NCBI GenBank assembly: GCA_944390745.1
Contig: CALXQK010000012.1
Span: forward strand, 343 to 64,342
Reading direction: 5' to 3'
DNA: 64,000 bases
Origin: an uncultured Duodenibacillus sp.
GTDB taxonomy: Bacteria > Pseudomonadota > Gammaproteobacteria > Burkholderiales > Burkholderiaceae_F
Part shown: positions 60,970 through 64,000 of the stretch, piece after piece
Position numbering within the stretch: position 1 is the stretch's first letter
How the letters are laid out: the number at the start of each line of letters is the position of its first letter
The notes under the pieces: generated by a model
What the model was told of the DNA's origin: nothing
The model's input: the letters and a program-made list of their open reading frames with translations, nothing else
Database searches by the model: none
Made by a program: the position numbers and the translations under genes

Positions 60970-62481
60970 ATGACACAGACCATCTCGCGCCGCCACCTTC
61001 TTGCCGCCGGCGCAGCGAGCGCCGTTGCAGGCGCCGCGGGCACCGCCTCCGCCGCCCAGGGTAAGCCGAAGTTTGACAAGATTGTCGACATCATCGTCGT
61101 CGGCTCGGGCTTTGCCGGCCTTGCCGCCGCACTCGAGGCGCGTCTTGGCGGCGCCGAGGTGATGCTCCTTGAAAAGATGCCCGCCTTCGGCGGCAACTCC
61201 GCCATCAACGGCGGCGCCTTCTCTGTGGCCGGAAGCCCCCTGCAGAAGAAGTTCGGCATCAAGGACTCGCCCGAGCAGATGCTCGCCGACATGATCCGCT
61301 CCGGCCGCGGCCTCTCGCACGTCGACCTGCTCAAGATGGTGGTCAACGGATCGCTGCCGGCCTACGAGTTCACGCTGCGACACGGCGTCAAGTACAAGGA
61401 CTTCGTACAGCACTTCGGCGGCCACTCCGTGCCGCGCACGCTGCAGACGGTCGAGAGCACCGGCGGCGGCATCACCCGGCCGCTGACGGAGTCCTGCCGC
61501 AAGCACGGCGTCGACCTGCACCTGCGCGCCAAGATGGAGGACTTCGTGCGCGACGAATCCGGCCGCGTGATCGGCCTCGTTGTGCGCGAGCGCTATCTCT
61601 TCCCCAACGAGAAGTCGGGCGTTCTGCAGACCTACGGCGCGCGCCGCGGCGTGATCATGGCCACGGGCGGCTTCTCGCGCAACATCTGGTTCAGAAAGCA
61701 GCAGGATCCCAACCTCGACGAGCGTCTGGACTCGACCAACCATCCCGGCGCCACGGGCGAGGGCATGCTCAAGATGTTTGCCATCGGCGGCGCCCCCGTG
61801 CAGGTCGACCAGATCCAGCTCGGCCCCTGGAGCTCGCCCGACGAGCGCGGCTTCGGCCTTGTCTCGCAGTTCAACACCATCGCCGGCTTCCCCATGGGCA
61901 TCATGGTTGACGTGCGCACCGGCAAGCGCTTCTGCAACGAGCTTGCCGACCGCAAGGAGCGCACCGACGCCATTCTCGGCCAGATGGAAAACGGCAAGCC
62001 CGTCTACCCCGTGTGCTTTACCGACAGCAAGGGCGTGGCCAAGGCCCAGACCCTCAAGAACGGCCTGAAGTACGGCGTCATCAAGCAGTTCAACACGATC
62101 GCCGAGCTCGCCCGCGCCTACGGCATCCCCGTCAAGGGACTCGAGGAGCAGGTCGCGCGCTGGAACCAGATGGTGCGCAGCAAGAAGGACACCGATTACC
62201 ACCGCGCGCTCGACCTGGCCATCGTGCTCGACAAGCCGCCGTTTTACGCCGCGCGCGTCTGGCCCAAGGTGCACTACTGCATGGGCGGCGTGGGCATCAC
62301 GCCCAGAGCCGAGGTCTATGACGTCATGGGCAGGGTGATCCCCGGTCTTTACGCCTGCGGCGAAGTCACCGGCGGCACCCACGGCGCGAGCCGTCTCGGC
62401 GGGTGCGCGATTGCCGACGGCCTCGTGATGGGCCGCGTCGCTGCCGACAACTGCCTCAAGAACAAGCCCGTGACGCTCTAA
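60970..62481 (+). CDS. Tat-exported FAD flavoprotein, flavin subunit of a split flavocytochrome c (fumarate/2-enoate reductase family)
   Basis: 'MTQTISRRHLLAAGAASAVAGAAGTASA' (Tat signal), 'DIIVVGSGFAGLAAALEA', 'GEVTGGTHGASRLGGCA'. The active-site block reads 'HYCMGG' rather than 'HHTMGG'. Confidence 0.8.
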   Translation: MTQTISRRHLLAAGAASAVAGAAGTASAAQGKPKFDKIVDIIVVGSGFAGLAAALEARLGGAEVMLLEKMPAFGGNSAINGGAFSVAGSPLQKKFGIKDSPEQMLADMIRSGRGLSHVDLLKMVVNGSLPAYEFTLRHGVKYKDFVQHFGGHSVPRTLQTVESTGGGITRPLTESCRKHGVDLHLRAKMEDFVRDESGRVIGLVVRERYLFPNEKSGVLQTYGARRGVIMATGGFSRNIWFRKQQDPNLDERLDSTNHPGATGEGMLKMFAIGGAPVQVDQIQLGPWSSPDERGFGLVSQFNTIAGFPMGIMVDVRTGKRFCNELADRKERTDAILGQMENGKPVYPVCFTDSKGVAKAQTLKNGLKYGVIKQFNTIAELARAYGIPVKGLEEQVARWNQMVRSKKDTDYHRALDLAIVLDKPPFYAARVWPKVHYCMGGVGITPRAEVYDVMGRVIPGLYACGEVTGGTHGASRLGGCAIADGLVMGRVAADNCLKNKPVTL

Positions 62482-62519
62482 GCGGTTCGCCTCGAGACTT
62501 TGAAAAGGACGTACGAAAA

Positions 62520-62894
62520 ATGATGAACCCCAAGCACCTCTTTGCTCTTTTCGGTCTTTGCGGCGTTCTTGCCGCGGCCGCGCTGCCGGCCGGCGCCGCA
62601 GGACTGCAGATGTCCAAGCACCACGCCGCCGTCATCAAGGACTGCGCGGTGTGCCACACGCAGGACAACGCCGTTGCCGGCAATGCCTTCGTCGTGCCCG
62701 ACGACAAGGTCTGCATGAGCTGCCACGGCAGCTACGAAGCGCTTGCCAAGAAGACCGAGAATCTCTCCGAACCCAACCCGCACCGCTCGCACCACTACGG
62801 CACGGGACTGTCCTGCACGGCCTGCCACGCCGAGCACAGCCAGCCCAGGGCCTACTGCAACGAGTGCCACGAGTTCAAGTACACGATGCCCTGA
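62520..62894 (+). CDS. Small periplasmic tetrahaem cytochrome c (haem subunit of the split flavocytochrome)
   Basis: ATG at 62520. Signal peptide. CAVCH, CMSCH, CTACH, CNECH within 124 aa. Confidence 0.8.
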   Translation: MMNPKHLFALFGLCGVLAAAALPAGAAGLQMSKHHAAVIKDCAVCHTQDNAVAGNAFVVPDDKVCMSCHGSYEALAKKTENLSEPNPHRSHHYGTGLSCTACHAEHSQPRAYCNECHEFKYTMP

Positions 62895-63019
62895 TTTTTT
62901 CAAGCTGCGGGCATAAAGGGCCCCCTGCAGAGGCCGGTTCCCGGGGCCTCTGCAGCCGGCACCCTTGAGCCCGCGGCTCACAGTCAACGTCAATCAACTC
63001 ACACCAGAGGAAGAAAAGC

Positions 63020-64000
63020 ATGAACAAGTTTCTAAAGGTCACCGCCATGACTGCAGCCATGATTGCCTGCGGCTCGCTCAGCGCGGCCACGATCACGCTC
63101 GACGGCAAGAGCCTCACGATGGAGGATGCCTGGAAGATTGCCAACAACGAGGCTGACGTGGCCATCTCGCCCAAGGCGATGAAGCTGCTCGACGACAGCT
63201 ACAAGCTCGTGATGGCCTCGGCCGCCGCCGGCCAGGCCGTCTACGGCCTCACCACGGGCGTGGGCCTCAACAAGGACCACAAGCTCTTTGACGCCAACGG
63301 CAAGCTCTCCGATGCCGTGATCAAGGCCTCGCGCGACTTCAACTACAACGCGCTGCGCTCGCACTCGGCCGGCGTGGGCAAGATGATGCCCACCAACCTC
63401 GCCCGTCTGTCGATGGTCGTGCGCCTGAACACGCTGCTCGACGGCAAGTCCGGCGCCCAGCCGCGCGTGGCCGAGCTCTACCGCGACATGCTCAACAAGG
63501 GCGTCACGCCGCTCATCCCCTCCGAGGGCTCGATCGGTGAGGCCGACATTCTGCTTGCCTCGCACGTCGGCGCCGTGATGATCGGCGAGTGGAAGGCCGA
63601 GGTGAAGGGCAAGGTCGTCGACGGCAAGACCGCCCTGAAGAACGCCGGCATCAAGCCGCTCGTTCCCGAGGGAAAGGATGCCCTCGCCATCCTGTCGAAC
63701 AACTCGGTGGCCATGGCCTACGCCATTGACGCCGCGCGCAACGCCCGCCAGATCCTCAACGTCACGCCCGTCGTCTACGGCCTCTCGCTTGAGGGCCTCA
63801 ACGGCAACGTCGCCCCGATCCTCCCGCAGACGGTCGGCGCCCGTCCCTTTGAAGGCCTCTCGCAGACCGCCGCTGACCTGCGCAGCGCCCTCAAGGGGTC
63901 CTATCTGTGGAAGGCCGACGACGCCCGTCCGCTGCAGGATCCGCTGTCCTACCGCGTGACCGTCTACGGCCTGTCTGAAGCCCGCCGCGCCCTGAAGGAT
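63020..64000 (+). CDS. Signal-peptide-bearing histidine/phenylalanine ammonia-lyase (HAL/PAL) family homologue lacking the Ala-Ser-Gly MIO triad; partial, continues beyond the window
   Basis: This ORF is not in the ORF track because it has no stop in the window. I translated it by hand: open from the ATG at 63020 to 64000 (327 codons). Family blocks 'VYGLTTGVG', 'NALRSHSAGVG', 'RLNTLLDGKSG', 'LQDPLSYRV'. Where 'GSVGASGDLAPL' is expected it reads 'GSIGEADILLAS'. N-terminal 'MNKFLKVTAMTAAMIACGSLSAA'. Confidence 0.75.
   Translation, partial: MNKFLKVTAMTAAMIACGSLSAATITLDGKSLTMEDAWKIANNEADVAISPKAMKLLDDSYKLVMASAAAGQAVYGLTTGVGLNKDHKLFDANGKLSDAVIKASRDFNYNALRSHSAGVGKMMPTNLARLSMVVRLNTLLDGKSGAQPRVAELYRDMLNKGVTPLIPSEGSIGEADILLASHVGAVMIGEWKAEVKGKVVDGKTALKNAGIKPLVPEGKDALAILSNNSVAMAYAIDAARNARQILNVTPVVYGLSLEGLNGNVAPILPQTVGARPFEGLSQTAADLRSALKGSYLWKADDARPLQDPLSYRVTVYGLSEARRALKD

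Noticed and set aside
62925-62955. An 11-bp perfect-stem hairpin CTGCAGAGGCC...GGCCTCTGCAG between the tetrahaem cytochrome gene and the HAL-like gene. I considered it as a terminator.
   Set aside because: No U-tract follows, and the next gene starts 65 nt later on the same strand. It is more likely an mRNA-stabilising or processing hairpin. It is mentioned within the locus finding only.

Overview
High-GC, gene-dense bacterial chromosomal window (G+C not computed). About 55 CDS are credible. I found no rRNA, no convincing tRNA, no CRISPR array and no intact mobile element. Many long ORFs in the track are antisense shadow ORFs of real genes, as expected at this GC content.

Housekeeping genes: trpS, aspS, argS, a phosphomannomutase, aroD, folE2, dsbA and a SPOR protein. 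The argS-SPOR-dsbA-SDR order and the anaerobic respiratory gene load suggest an anaerobic betaproteobacterium (Sutterellaceae-like). That assignment is inference only.

Accessory content of interest:
1. 36.8-50.2 kb: a 14-gene, single-strand locus for an MccA/SirA-type octahaem sulfite reductase (7 CXXCH plus 1 CX15CH). It also carries NrfCD-like quinol dehydrogenase genes, an FKBP isomerase, a rhodanese, nosL(x2)DFY-like copper-delivery genes without nosZ, and a dedicated System-I haem lyase set (CcmF-like, TPR protein, thioredoxin-like protein). The CcmH/NrfF-like member has lost its CXXC motif.
2. 24.6-34 kb: a DmsABC-type molybdoenzyme operon with a TorD-like chaperone. It is followed by a NapG-like ferredoxin, an unusual NapH-like membrane protein fused to a GltD-like NAD(P)H flavoprotein, and a polyferredoxin. 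A DUF134-NifX-like fusion with a Cys/His-rich tail lies opposite.
3. 16.4-20.1 kb: a P1B-ATPase operon. The pump has S-C-A in place of CPC, and its HMA-like domains lack CxxC.
4. 8-12 kb: a larA/larB/short-larC set, split by a nonsense-interrupted DUF1566 lipoprotein gene.
5. 59-64 kb: a sigma-54 activator, a textbook -24/-12 promoter and a split periplasmic flavocytochrome. The last gene is a signal-peptide-bearing histidine/phenylalanine ammonia-lyase homologue that lacks the Ala-Ser-Gly MIO-forming triad and is cut by the window end.

All functional calls rest on motifs I recognise by eye. No database search was run.
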